Shown here: piece after piece, positions 9,703-19,909 of the stretch
Layout of the letters: every line of letters begins with the position of its first letter
Position numbering within the stretch: the first letter of the stretch is position 1
Assembly: GCA_963422375.2 (NCBI GenBank)
Contig: OY729428.2
Span: 2,016,001 to 2,080,000, forward strand
Length of the DNA stretch: 64,000 nt
Reading direction: 5' to 3'
Origin: Bryobacterales bacterium
Lineage (GTDB): Bacteria > Acidobacteriota > Terriglobia > Bryobacterales > UBA6623
Notes under the pieces: model-generated
The model's database searches: none
What the model was told of the DNA's origin: nothing
Seen by the model: only the letters and a program-made list of their open reading frames with translations
Made by a program: the position numbers and the translations under genes

Positions 9703-10884
9703 ATGACACTCCGGCAGCTGGACCAACTGGCGCTGCGCGGCAAGCGCGTGTTCGTGCGCGTGGACTTCAACGTCCCGCTCGACAAGGAGTCTGGGACGAG
9801 CATCACCAGCGACACGCGGATCCGCATGGCGCTGCCGACGATCCGAACGCTACTGGACCAAGGCTGCTCGCTGGTGCTCGCGTCACACCTCGGAAGGCCT
9901 AAGGGCCAGCCGAATGCGAGGATGCGCCTGGCCCCGGTGGCGCGCAGGCTGGCCGAGCTTCTTGGTCGACCTGTCCGCCTGGCTCCGGACTGCGTTGGGG
10001 CGGAGGCGGAGGCGATGGCCGGGCGGCTCCAGTCGGGAGAAGTCCTGCTGCTCGAGAATCTTCGCTTCCATTCCGGGGAGGAGGCCAACGATCCTGGCTT
10101 CGCTCGCGCGCTGGCCTCGCTCGCCGGTGCCTACATCAATGACGCCTTCGGCACGGCCCACCGGACGCATGCGTCGACTACAGGGGTTCCTGCGCTACTA
10201 GACCACAAGGCGGCAGGCTTGCTGATGATGCGGGAACTCGAGAACCTCTCGCATGCGATCTCCGCGCCCGCGCGGCCTTCCCTCGGCATCATCGGGGGCG
10301 CGAAGATCTCAGGCAAGATCGACGTGATCCGCAACCTCCTTAACGTGACCGAGCGGGTGCTGATAGGCGGCGCAATGAGCTACACCTTCCTGCGTGCCCA
10401 AGGCGTCAGCACGGGGTCGTCGCTGGTCGAGGCGGACCGAGTCGACATGGCTCGGGATCTCCTCGGGCTCGCGAACGGCCGGATCGTTCTGCCGGTCGAC
10501 CACGTCATCTCCCAGCGATTCCGCGCGGACGCGCCGACGCGCATCGTTCGGGGCGGAGTTCCTGACGGCTGGATGGGTCTGGACATCGGACCGAAGACGG
10601 TCGAGAACTACGTGGCCGCTATCGGCGCGGCCGAGCTAATCATCTGGAACGGCCCCATGGGGGTGTTCGAGCTGAAGCCTTTCGCTGCGGGCACGGTCGC
10701 GGTCGCTCGGGCTGTCGACGAATCGTCCAAGGCGGCATTCAGCGTTGTCGGGGGCGGGGATTCCGAGAGGGCAATCCGAGTTGCGGGCGTCGGCGACAAC
10801 ATCAGCCACATTTCGACCGGCGGGGGCGCCTCGCTGGATTTTCTGGCGGGAAAGACGCTGCCGGGCGTCGAGGCCTTGCGCTGA
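9703..10884 (+). CDS. pgk: Phosphoglycerate kinase
   Basis: RVDFNVP, SHLGRP, LLENLRF, NDAFGTAH, WNGPMGVFE, STGGGASL. Confidence 0.98.
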   Translation: MTLRQLDQLALRGKRVFVRVDFNVPLDKESGTSITSDTRIRMALPTIRTLLDQGCSLVLASHLGRPKGQPNARMRLAPVARRLAELLGRPVRLAPDCVGAEAEAMAGRLQSGEVLLLENLRFHSGEEANDPGFARALASLAGAYINDAFGTAHRTHASTTGVPALLDHKAAGLLMMRELENLSHAISAPARPSLGIIGGAKISGKIDVIRNLLNVTERVLIGGAMSYTFLRAQGVSTGSSLVEADRVDMARDLLGLANGRIVLPVDHVISQRFRADAPTRIVRGGVPDGWMGLDIGPKTVENYVAAIGAAELIIWNGPMGVFELKPFAAGTVAVARAVDESSKAAFSVVGGGDSERAIRVAGVGDNISHISTGGGASLDFLAGKTLPGVEALR

Positions 10885-11189
10885 GGGGGCGGCACGTAGC
10901 ACGCAAGCGCAGCCATCGTCGGAAACCGCGCCCGTGGCAGGCGCTCTCCGCTCGTATTCTTCAAACTGTTCCGCCCAGCTGCTGGCGTCGCACCGGCAGC
11001 TCCAGCGCTGCTGCCAGAGTCGCCGGGCAGAATCGACTGGCTGGCGCGTCCACGCGATCCGTCTAGTCGCTGCGGCAGCAGGTGAGGGGCACCCAATCGG
11101 CACTTCCTCCCGGGAATCCCGGCATACGAGAGCCCGGCATCTCGGGTTGCGGGAGACACCGGCCGGCTCTGAAGAGTTGACCTAGAGGC

Positions 11190-11330
11190 GTGTCTCCGCT
11201 CGAGTTCATCGTCAAGTGGAAGGCAGCGCAGCTTACGGAACGGGCGGCGGCCCGGTCCCATTGCAATGATCTCCGCCGGATGCTCGGCGAGCCGACCCCG
11301 GCCGAGGCTGATCGGTCCGGAAGCTGGTAT
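11190..11330 (+). pseudogene. N-terminal remnant of an MmeI-like (type IIL/IIG) restriction-modification enzyme
   Basis: MSPLEFIVKWKAAQLTERAAARSHCNDLRRMLGEPTPAEADRSGSWY resembles the family start (EFIxKW...ERxxxQxHFxDLCxLLGEPxP). Similarity stops after about 47 codons. Confidence 0.7.
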
Positions 11331-11654
11331 CGCATCGTCGACCACGCAACGCCAGCCAATCGCCTCCTTGGTGGAGCCATTCCTTTGCGGAGTCGACCAG
11401 CCAACTTTCCCGCCTCGCCAGAGAGGCCCGAGACCTCGCCCCCCGCTGGACTCGGGACCGGTCGCCTGGCGATACGTCGCCGCTGGAATCCAGGAATGCG
11501 CCAGTCGGACCCTACGGAATGCGAAGTTCGCCGGCCTAATGCATGAGGACACCCGTACCTGCACATAGTCTGGCAGGGGGCTCCCTTCACGCCCGCGCGG
11601 ACGCGGTTCAATTCTGCACTTGCAACTCACTGCTATCATGCTCAGGGCAGCATC

Positions 11655-13013
11655 ATGGCTGCTAATCCCAGACTCGCGCAGATCGCGCTGCTTGTCGCAC
11701 TGGTCGCGGCGTCCGCTGCGGCGCAAGGCGAGAGCAACTTCATCCTCATCCTGACGGACGACCATGCTTGGAGCCAGCTCTCCTTCGCGATGGACCCGGA
11801 GATCCCCGAGGCCGAGTCGTCCTATCTTTTGACGCCCAGCATGGCCCGCCTAGCTCGGCGGGGCATGCGGTTCACGAGCGGCTACGCGCCCGCTCCGCTA
11901 TGCACGCCCACCCGGCGCAGCATTTTCTGCGGCATGACGCCGGCACGGCAGCGCGGCACCGAGTTCAAGTCCGAATTCGACTGGCGGGGGCGCCTGACCC
12001 TGCCCAGCGCGCTCAAGCAGGCCCACCCGAACTACCGAACGGCTCACTTCGGCAAGTTCGGCTCCGAGATGGGAGCCAGCCCGGAAATGGTCGGATTCGA
12101 CGAGAGCGACGGCTGGACGACCAATCGGACAGGGGGGATGCCGGCGACGATGCAGGAACGAGGTCGCAGCATCGTTAGGGAAGACCCGAAGCTGGCCTTC
12201 GAGATCACGGACCGAGCGATCAACTTCATCGAACGGCAGATAGGCAGGCACCCCTTCTACGTTCAGGTGAGCCACTACGCAACCCACCTGCAGGTCCAGA
12301 CGCGCCAAGCGTCATTGGACATGTTCGCTGCCAAGGGCACCCCCGACCGCGCGGTCACGCACGCTTTCGCTGGAATGCTCTATGACTTGGATCAATCGGT
12401 CGGGCGCATTCTCGACGCCGTCGAGCGACTTGGCATCGCGGACAGCACCTATCTGATCTTCCTGGCCGACAATGGCGGCCGCGGGACGATTCCCGGCGCT
12501 CAGGAGACGCTGCCGCCACCGAACCGGCCCCTCAACGGCGCCAAGCACACCCTCTACGAAGGCGGGATCCGAGTTCCGTTCCTCGTCGCCGGTCCCGGCG
12601 TCGAGCCGAACTCCGTCTCACGGGTGCCGATCACGGGGTACGACCTGCTCCCGACACTCTACGATCTCGCCGGAGGGGAGGCACCGCTGTCAACCGAGAT
12701 CGATGGCGGCAGCTTCCGGTCGGTCCTCGAGAACATCGGTGCAGGCGAGGTCAAGCGTCCATTCGCAGGTCTCGTTTTTCACCGTCCTTTACGCAGGAGC
12801 CTACCCTCTTCCGCCATCCGCGTCGGCGACTACAAGCTGCTCCTCAAGTACGCGGGCCCAAATCGGCCTCGGAGCCGGGAGCTCTTCGACCTGGGAAGGG
12901 ACGTCGGCGAGAGACACGACTTGAGCGCGGAGATGCCTGACAAGGCCGAAGAACTGGAACAGCTGCTGGTCGGGTACCTGAAGTCGGTGAACGCTGAAGA
13001 ACCGGCGCAATAG
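11655..13013 (+). CDS. Sulfatase (Cys-type), secreted
   Basis: NFILILTDD, CTPTRRSI, HFGK, LADNGG, KHTLYEGGIRVP. Confidence 0.9.
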   Translation: MAANPRLAQIALLVALVAASAAAQGESNFILILTDDHAWSQLSFAMDPEIPEAESSYLLTPSMARLARRGMRFTSGYAPAPLCTPTRRSIFCGMTPARQRGTEFKSEFDWRGRLTLPSALKQAHPNYRTAHFGKFGSEMGASPEMVGFDESDGWTTNRTGGMPATMQERGRSIVREDPKLAFEITDRAINFIERQIGRHPFYVQVSHYATHLQVQTRQASLDMFAAKGTPDRAVTHAFAGMLYDLDQSVGRILDAVERLGIADSTYLIFLADNGGRGTIPGAQETLPPPNRPLNGAKHTLYEGGIRVPFLVAGPGVEPNSVSRVPITGYDLLPTLYDLAGGEAPLSTEIDGGSFRSVLENIGAGEVKRPFAGLVFHRPLRRSLPSSAIRVGDYKLLLKYAGPNRPRSRELFDLGRDVGERHDLSAEMPDKAEELEQLLVGYLKSVNAEEPAQ

Positions 13014-13410
13014 GGCCCCGGCCGGCTTTCGAGTCCCGCTCATGCACGGACGGTACCGGCGATTCGACAGATCGGACGGCGGGCCGGGCGAGATCGGAGC
13101 GCCGAGTGGCGTCGCCGGACGCTCCGCTTCGCGAGTTCTCGACCACCCGCAGTAAGTAGGGGTCTAGCAGCCTTCGATCCGGTCGCAGACGCGCGCAACG
13201 CTCGTCCTAGGCGCTGTACCCGCGCCTCGAATCGAATGCATGGCGTTGCCACCGCTGCCGCGCCCAGCAGTTCCTGCACTCGAAGCCGCTCGCGCTGCAC
13301 CCCGGCTGTTGCAATCACGTTCCTTGGAGTGGGCCGGAGCTCCGCGAGAGATAGCCGATTTCGGCTGCTAGACTCGCGAGAAGCTCTACGATTCCGCTGG
13401 GCCCGCTCGC

Positions 13411-15031
13411 TTGGCAACGAAATACCGTTATTCGCTTCTCGTCCTGCCGGTCGCTGTCGCGATCATCGATCTGGGGCAGGGGAGTCCGGCCGAGCGCGAG
13501 AGCTTGGTCCCCATGGATGACGGAATCCGCTTGAACACATCGGTTTTCCACCCGCAGGAACCCGTACCGGAAGGCGGTTGGCCGGCTATCGTCTTCGTCC
13601 GCGGCCTGGGCGGCAGCAAGCAGGCCTCCGCCGCGCGACAAGCGGCGACCGGCGGCTATGTAGACTTGGCCTACACGGTTCGGGGACAGGCGCGTCGACT
13701 GGGAGGGGCGCCATCGGGAGGCGAAGGACCTGAGGTCGATGCTAGCTTGGATGCGCGAGAACCATCCAGTCGATCCGTCCAAGATAGGAATCACCGGCTC
13801 GTCACAGGGAGGCATTCACTCGTGGATGGCAGTGGCGCACGGAATGGGCGTCGCTGCGGCGGCTCGCCAAAACTTCACGGCAGACGTATCGAGGGCGATC
13901 CTGATCAACGGCGGGATCAATCGCCGAGCGATCATTTCACGCCGTTCGTCGGTCGACTATCTTCCCTCCACGATCAAGTTGCGGAGGGATGCGGTCGTGG
14001 AATACGACGCGGCGCGCATTGGCGCGCAGGCCGCCACCCGCGACCTGCGCGAACTGCTCCGTGGGGCGACCATCCCCGTTATGGTTCAATTCGCGTTCGA
14101 AGACGAATGGGGCATGGCGAACAACGTAATCGATGACTACCTAGCACTCGGCGGTCCGAAGAAGCTCTACCTCGGCACGGGAGGGCACGGATCGGCCAAC
14201 GTGCCGTCGGAACGGCGGTTCGGTCAGCACTGGATCAACCGGTGGTTCGACCGCTGGCTCAAAGACGAGCGGAACGGGATCGAGGGCGAGCATCCGGTGA
14301 CGGTCGCCATGCTGGACACTTGGCGCCACCTGAGCCTGCCCGCGTTCCCGCCACCGACCGTCAGGATGACGCAGTACAATCTCGAAGGCGACGGAAGAAC
14401 GGGCGGCGGGCTGGCACGCGAGAACGGAGCCGATCGCGGCGCACAACGGTTGCAGCCTGGCGACGCAGAGGCGGTCAGCCCTGAGCGGCCTCTGGCAAGG
14501 CAGTCTCTCGAGCATCGCAGCGGTGCGGACTTCGGATTGGCGGAGTTCTACGACGCCGGCGGGCCGCTCGGCGGGCCGCTGGGCGCGCTGGCTCGGTTCC
14601 GGCTCGATTCGTTGCGCTACTCGACACCCAAGCTCGAGCACGACCTCGTGCTGGCAGGCATTCCGAAAATCCAAATTGCCTTCCACGGGACGGCGCGAAT
14701 GCACCAAGTCGCATTGCGCCTCTGGGCGATCGACGGAAGTTCGGGCAGGCGCAGGCTTATCTCGCGAGTCTCTGCGACCTCCGACCGCGGTGACGGCGAC
14801 GGTCAGCATGTACGCATCGAAATGAGCGCCACGGCGTACCGGGTGTTGGCGGGCGGGTCCGTGGAGCTCGAAATCTCGAACCTTGATTTGGACTGGGACG
14901 CGGCGAAGCAGGACTGGCGAAGCTTGTGGGCGATCCCGGTCTTCGAGCCGGGCGAGATCGCGGTGCATTCCGGGGAGCGGCCCTTCGCATTTCTCAAATT
15001 GCCGGAATTGCGTGACCCGGACGAAGCCTAG
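13411..15031 (+). pseudogene. CocE/NonD-family alpha/beta hydrolase, frameshifted near 13700-13740
   Basis: VPMDDGIRL...WPAIVFVRGLGG...YTVRGQ in one frame; DPSKIGITGSSQGG nucleophile elbow and WFDRWLK in another. Confidence 0.75.
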
Positions 15032-15329
15032 CTCACGGTCTGCCGACGCTTCGCCAAGCGAATTCTCTCGAACAGCGCCCATGCGGGCAGCCGGAGCAAC
15101 AGGCCTCACGGAGCCAGCATCCGGCGACCTCTACCCGGCATGGTCCAGCCGCCTCCGGACATTCGAAAGGAACGCCGGTACCGATCCGGGCAGTCGAGGC
15201 AAGTCCCGCCTGCACGTCGTACGCCGACGAACTCCGCAAGCTTAGACCGCTAGTCTAGGCCAATCCGCGTGCCGGCGATGGTCCGGCATGAAGTCTGCAC
15301 GAGGCGCGTAGGAATCCCACTGATGGAAA

Positions 15330-15561
15330 TGTCTAGGCACAGGTCCAGGCCCTTCGCGGAAACCAGCCGAAAGGGCCTCGGAGCTGCCGCATGGCTTCGG
15401 AGTCAGTGATCAACGATCTCGAGTATCGCGGTCTGGACCGAGGAGCGGAGCGAATGATCGGGCTGGCAGTGCTGGCGGGGAACGCGCAGCGAGTGGGCCG
15501 GATTCTGTGCGACAGAGAGAGCGAGCGTCTCAATGCGAGACCGTTTCTGCTGGCTGCATAG
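15330..15561 (+). pseudogene. ISNCY-like transposase, C-terminal remnant
   Basis: ESVINDLEYRGLDR...GLAVLAGNAQRVGRIL...LAA-stop resembles the ISNCY ending ESAINxLExxGLDRC...ALAVLARNxQRLG. Confidence 0.55.
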
Positions 15562-15597
15562 GCAGCCTGCAGCGATCTTGATTACCCAGAATTGAAA

Positions 15598-17123
15598 GGG
15601 AATTATATATCTGAGTGCCGAGGGAATCAAGTTGGCAAATTATCAAACCATAATAAGATTCCATATTTCTTCCGAATTTCCGTTGAAATTCTGTGGTGTT
15701 TCTTGGTAGAATAGTTCCAGTATGGGATACCGTAAATGAAGAAACAAGGTCCCGGGAAGTGGTTCCGTAAAGGCATCACATTGATTGAAGTGATCGCCAT
15801 GTTCCGCGATGACGAATCCGCGGAAAAGTGGTTCGCCTCCATGCGCTGGCCGGACGGTCCCGCGTGCCCCCGCTGCCGCGGCTCCAGCGTGCAGTCCGGC
15901 GCGGCCCACCCTTCGATGCCGTACCGTTGCCGCGGCTGCGGCAAGCGCTTTTCCGTGCGCACCGGCAGCGTGACGGCCGACACCGAGCTCGGCTACCGCA
16001 CCCGGGCCGTCGCCCTGTTCCTGCTGACCACCGGCATCAAGGGCGTCTCGAGCATGAAGCTGCACCGCGACCTAGGCATCAGCCGGAAGTCGGCCCGGCA
16101 CCTGGCGCACCGCATCCGCGCGTGCCGGGAGCGGGATCGGGGCCTGTTCGCCGGCCCGGCGGAGGTGGACGAGACCTACGTCGGCGGCAAGGAACGCAAC
16201 AAGCACGAGAGGAAGAAGGCCCGCGCCGGGCGCGGGCCCGTCGGCAAGACCCCGGTGGCGGGGGCGCGGGACCGCGCCACGAACGCAGTGGCCGCGCGGC
16301 CGCTGCCGGGCACCGCCAAGGGCGACCTGCAGGGCTTCGTGCGCGCCCGCGTCGCGCCGGGCGCGCAGGTCCGCTCCGACGAGGCGGCGGCCTGCGCCGG
16401 CATGGCGGAGTTCGCGCACGAAGCCGTCAGGCACTCCGGCGGCGAGTACGTGCGCGGGGCGGCGCATGCGAACGGCATCGAATCGTTCCGGTCCCTGTTC
16501 AAGCGCGGCCTGTACGGAACCTATCACCGGATGAGCGTCCGTCATCTCGGCCGCTACCTCACGGAGTTCGCGGGACGGTGCAACGACCGCGACTGCGACA
16601 CGGCGGAACGGATGCGGCGCATGGCGCGGGGCTTGGTCGGCCGGACGCTGACCTGCCGGCAGCTGACCGGCAAGGCCGCGGTCGCGGCCTGAGCGGCGCC
16701 CGCCGCGCTGAGCGCGGCAGCCCGCTGCGGGCGCGCTCTTCACGCTCGGTGCGCTGCACGCTCGGTGCGAGGGGCGCACCGGATCCGGAATGCCCCGGTG
16801 CGACCCCGGTCCGGCCCGGACCGTCCATGCAGGCCGTCGAGCGCCGGGGATCCGCTGTCTTCGGCCCTCGCAGGGCCTGCAATCGGCTTGCAAGGGGTGC
16901 CCTGCCACCGCCAACCGGGTTCCAGCGGGGCAACCGGGGCATGCGAGGCGGCCTCTCTAGTCCCTTCCTCGTCAAATCCGCTGGCAGGCTCGATTCAGAT
17001 ACGATCCCACCCCTCTGTGCCTGCCGCGGCCGCACTCGAATGACCCGAGCTCGACACCGACCTCCCTGCTCACAGCAGTTCTAGTCGGACATGGCGTTGT
17101 CGGCACTCAGATATATAATTCCC
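15598..17123 (+). mobile_element. IS1595-family element, 1526 bp
   Basis: Perfect 24-bp terminal inverted repeats gggaattatatatctgagtgccga (15598-15621 and 17100-17123); 8-bp TSD aattgaaa at 15590-15597 and 17124-17131. Confidence 0.95.
15736..16692 (+). CDS. IS1595-family transposase; open frame but many conserved residues substituted
   Basis: RWPDGPACPRC and YRCRGCGKRFSV zinc ribbon, EVDETYVGG, SDE, NGIESF, GTYHRMS. Confidence 0.9.
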   Translation: MKKQGPGKWFRKGITLIEVIAMFRDDESAEKWFASMRWPDGPACPRCRGSSVQSGAAHPSMPYRCRGCGKRFSVRTGSVTADTELGYRTRAVALFLLTTGIKGVSSMKLHRDLGISRKSARHLAHRIRACRERDRGLFAGPAEVDETYVGGKERNKHERKKARAGRGPVGKTPVAGARDRATNAVAARPLPGTAKGDLQGFVRARVAPGAQVRSDEAAACAGMAEFAHEAVRHSGGEYVRGAAHANGIESFRSLFKRGLYGTYHRMSVRHLGRYLTEFAGRCNDRDCDTAERMRRMARGLVGRTLTCRQLTGKAAVAA

Positions 17124-17334
17124 AATTGAAACCCTGAAGAGACAGGATTCAGCAAGAGTTAGCAACTGAAATACAACTAGATATTCCCTCACAATTAGAA
17201 TGGTATATGAGGCGATGAATTCGGATCATTCGTCGTATTAATTTCCTTCTAAGGCTATTATACGGTGACGATTTATCGGCTCGCATCTCCGAAATATCAG
17301 GATCTTGTGACAAGCGCAATTTAGGCTTCCCGCC

Positions 17335-17780
17335 CTGCCCGGGGCGCAGCTGTGATACTTCGTCCGCACAACGGACGGCACGCCCGCGTCCCTGCTTAGG
17401 CTTCGGCGCGGACGCTTGGAAGACCGCCCTTCGCGACCGCTTCGTCGGCTGGTCACCGCATGCCCGCCAGCGCAACATGGCGCTGGTAGTCTATCGCGCC
17501 CGCTACCTGATCATGCCCTGGGCGCACGTGCCCACCTAGTCTCGCACGTGACGGTCCTCGCTGCCCGGCGCCTGCCCGCGGACTGGTTCGAGCGACACCG
17601 CCTGGCCCGGTGATAATGGAATCCCTCCGCGAGGGCGGCCGCCGCGCCGTCAACAGGATCCACATCGGCCGCACCCAGGGCCGCGGCAAGCGCGACACCC
17701 GCAAGCTACGCCCGCTCCCCGTGAAGGACATCTTCCTCAAGCCCCTCGATCCCGACTGGCGCGCGATCCTCAACCGTTAG
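17335..17780 (+). pseudogene. DUF4338 (DruA-like / IS-associated) protein remnant
   Basis: LPGAQL-stop-YFV...LLGFGADAWKTALRDRFVGWS...RYLIMPW...GRTQGRGKRD...PVKDIFLKPL; internal stops and deletions. Confidence 0.7.
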
Positions 17781-17819
17781 CCGCGCCTCTCCTTCTCCAA
17801 CCATCCGACTAAGCGATTA

Positions 17820-18070
17820 CCGTCGGAGTGAGTCGAATGGAGTGACCAGCCCGTTCCGTGCTGTCCACCGCATGCGGTCGCTCGCGAAGAGGCAGCCTCA
17901 CGGCAACTCCGGAAGCGCACGCTCACGACCCTTCACAACGCGCAGCCGTAGTGGCTTGTCGACAAGCAAGCGATGTCGCAATGGCCTATGGCTTGCCCGA
18001 GGACATTGCCGAAGATGACGCCGTACGCTAGCTGCTGGCGCTGGACTTCGCTGCAACGGGGTGCCGAGGC
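17820..18070 (+). pseudogene. C-terminal remnant of an MmeI-like restriction-modification enzyme
   Basis: PSE-stop-VEWSDQPVP...QLRKRTLTTLHNAQP-stop-WL...AYGLPEDIAEDDAVR-stop-LLAL matches the family ending (ELKKRTLTNLYNARPxWL...AAYGW...LLALN). Confidence 0.75.
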
Positions 18071-18094
18071 GAGCGGCACGGATCCCCGCTACGC

Positions 18095-19681
18095 TCAGCT
18101 GGGGGAGAAGAATCGCGGGTACTCGGACTCGGGGAGCCGCTCGGGCGAGAAATGCGATGTCGGCATTCGCTTTAGGTCCGGACTGATGATGGGCTTGCAG
18201 CCCAGCTGCGGCAGGATGTCTTCGTAGGGATCGATTCCGGGAGCGATCTCCTCGAGCATGATCCCTTCTGGCCGCAGGCGGAAGACCGCTGCCTCGGTGA
18301 CATAGACAACTTCCTGGCCGTTCCGGCGGGCGTAGTCGGCACTAAAGGTCACCTGCGCCACCGCATCGACGATCTTCGGCGCCCCTCGCGAGATGTACCG
18401 AAGCTGCCTGTCCTCGATAGCGGTATTGGCCCGAATCGAGAGCGTACCGCAGAAGACCACCTTGTCGGCCTTCTGCACGATGTCAATGAAGCCCCCGACC
18501 CCCACGATGTGCGACGAGAGCTTGCTCACGTTTACGTTACCCGCGCGGTCGATCTGCAGGAATCCGAGAAACGTCTGGTCGACCCCGCGGCCGTGATAGA
18601 AGTCGAACATATGACCCGTCTCGAGGATGGCGTCCGGATTGTGCACCGCCCCGAAGTCCAGGCCTCCGGCAGGCACGCCTCCAAATTGGCCGTGCTCAAT
18701 GGTCGGCGTCACCCGGCCGATAAATCCTTGCTCGCGGGCTACGGCGATCACCCCGTCGGGCATCCCGAATCCTACGTTGATAACGGCTCCGGGCTCCAGT
18801 TCCTGCGCGGCCCTGCGCGCGATCACCTTCCGCGGGCCGAACGGCATCGCGCGAAAAGCTTCCTCAGGCCTGCGGACATCGCCGCAGTATGACGGTTCAA
18901 ACACGGTCTGGTATGTCTGGCCGTGCTCCTCGTCGACCACAATGACGTCGACAAAGCAGCCCGGTACGTGGACGGATCGCGGGTCGATGGCTCCTGCGGG
19001 CAGGACCCTGCGGACGACGGCTATGGTCAGCCCGTCGGACGCCTTGGCTGCCTGCGCCAGCGCGCAGTTGTGCCAGAATCCCGCCTCTCCGCGCATGGAC
19101 AGGTTGCCTCGCGTGTCGGCCTCCCATGCGTGCAGCAGCGCGACATCGACCGGGATGGTCCTGTAGAACAGCCACGGCCTTCCGTCGAGCTCGACGTACT
19201 CGACCAGCTGCTCCTCGGCCTTGGCGTTGAGCCGCCCTCCCTCGATCCTCGGATCGACGAAGGTGTTCAGCCCGACATGCGAGTACCAGCCGGGGCTCCT
19301 CGCAGCCGCGCAGTGGAACATCTGAACCATTACGCCGGCGGGCAGGCAATATGCGGCGAACCGGTTTTCGGCCGCCAGCCGCGCCATCCGGGGCGCCATG
19401 GACCAATGGCCTCCGACCACTCGGCGGTACATTCCGGCGCATGCGGCCTGCTGGAGCCCTCTCGCCTGCTGATCGCCCACCCCGAAGGGATGCAGCAGGG
19501 TCAGGCCAGTCGGGGATCCGGTGGCCCGATGGCGGTCTCCGAGGTGCCGCAGCAAGATGTCGGGAATCGCATGGCCGGCACCGGAGCCGCCGATCGCCAC
19601 CGAAGAGTTGTCCGGGATTCTCTGAACGGCCCGACTCGCAGTCTCGACGAGGGGGGCGGCCGTAGGCTTGCGCGAGGTCAC
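18095..19681 (-). CDS. Acyl-CoA:acetate/3-ketoacid CoA transferase (YdiF/Pct-like, fused alpha-beta)
   Basis: VGLNTFVDPR, VINVGFGMP, GNVNVSK, GVGGFIDI, YVTEAAVF. Confidence 0.9.
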   Translation of the reverse strand: MTSRKPTAAPLVETASRAVQRIPDNSSVAIGGSGAGHAIPDILLRHLGDRHRATGSPTGLTLLHPFGVGDQQARGLQQAACAGMYRRVVGGHWSMAPRMARLAAENRFAAYCLPAGVMVQMFHCAAARSPGWYSHVGLNTFVDPRIEGGRLNAKAEEQLVEYVELDGRPWLFYRTIPVDVALLHAWEADTRGNLSMRGEAGFWHNCALAQAAKASDGLTIAVVRRVLPAGAIDPRSVHVPGCFVDVIVVDEEHGQTYQTVFEPSYCGDVRRPEEAFRAMPFGPRKVIARRAAQELEPGAVINVGFGMPDGVIAVAREQGFIGRVTPTIEHGQFGGVPAGGLDFGAVHNPDAILETGHMFDFYHGRGVDQTFLGFLQIDRAGNVNVSKLSSHIVGVGGFIDIVQKADKVVFCGTLSIRANTAIEDRQLRYISRGAPKIVDAVAQVTFSADYARRNGQEVVYVTEAAVFRLRPEGIMLEEIAPGIDPYEDILPQLGCKPIISPDLKRMPTSHFSPERLPESEYPRFFSPS

Positions 19682-19909
19682 TTGCTCAGAGGCCCGAGAG
19701 GTCCTCTTGACGGACAGCCCCGGCAGCGCCGTCGATTGGACCCATCTCCCATCCTACTCGTGCTCCCGCCGCCGGCCGGAGGGTTCATTCCTGTCCGCCG
19801 AGCGAGCTCAGCCCGGCAGGCCCAGCCCGAGACAGGGAGCCCCGCAGACTCCAAGCAGCTGCGGCAGGGAGGTCGAAGTCCCGTCCAGGCGATCCCCGGC
19901 CGGCGTCGG

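Noticed and set aside
10885..11189. tpiA expected after gap-pgk
   Set aside because: No triosephosphate isomerase motifs found; the gene is probably elsewhere, which is unremarkable.
15736..16692. DGR-type mutagenesis as the cause of the IS substitutions
   Set aside because: The changes are transitions on both strands (A->G and T->C), not one-strand A->N, and there is no template repeat.
17335..17780. Functional Druantia defence system
   Set aside because: Only a broken DUF4338 fragment in an IS context; no DruE helicase or other partners.
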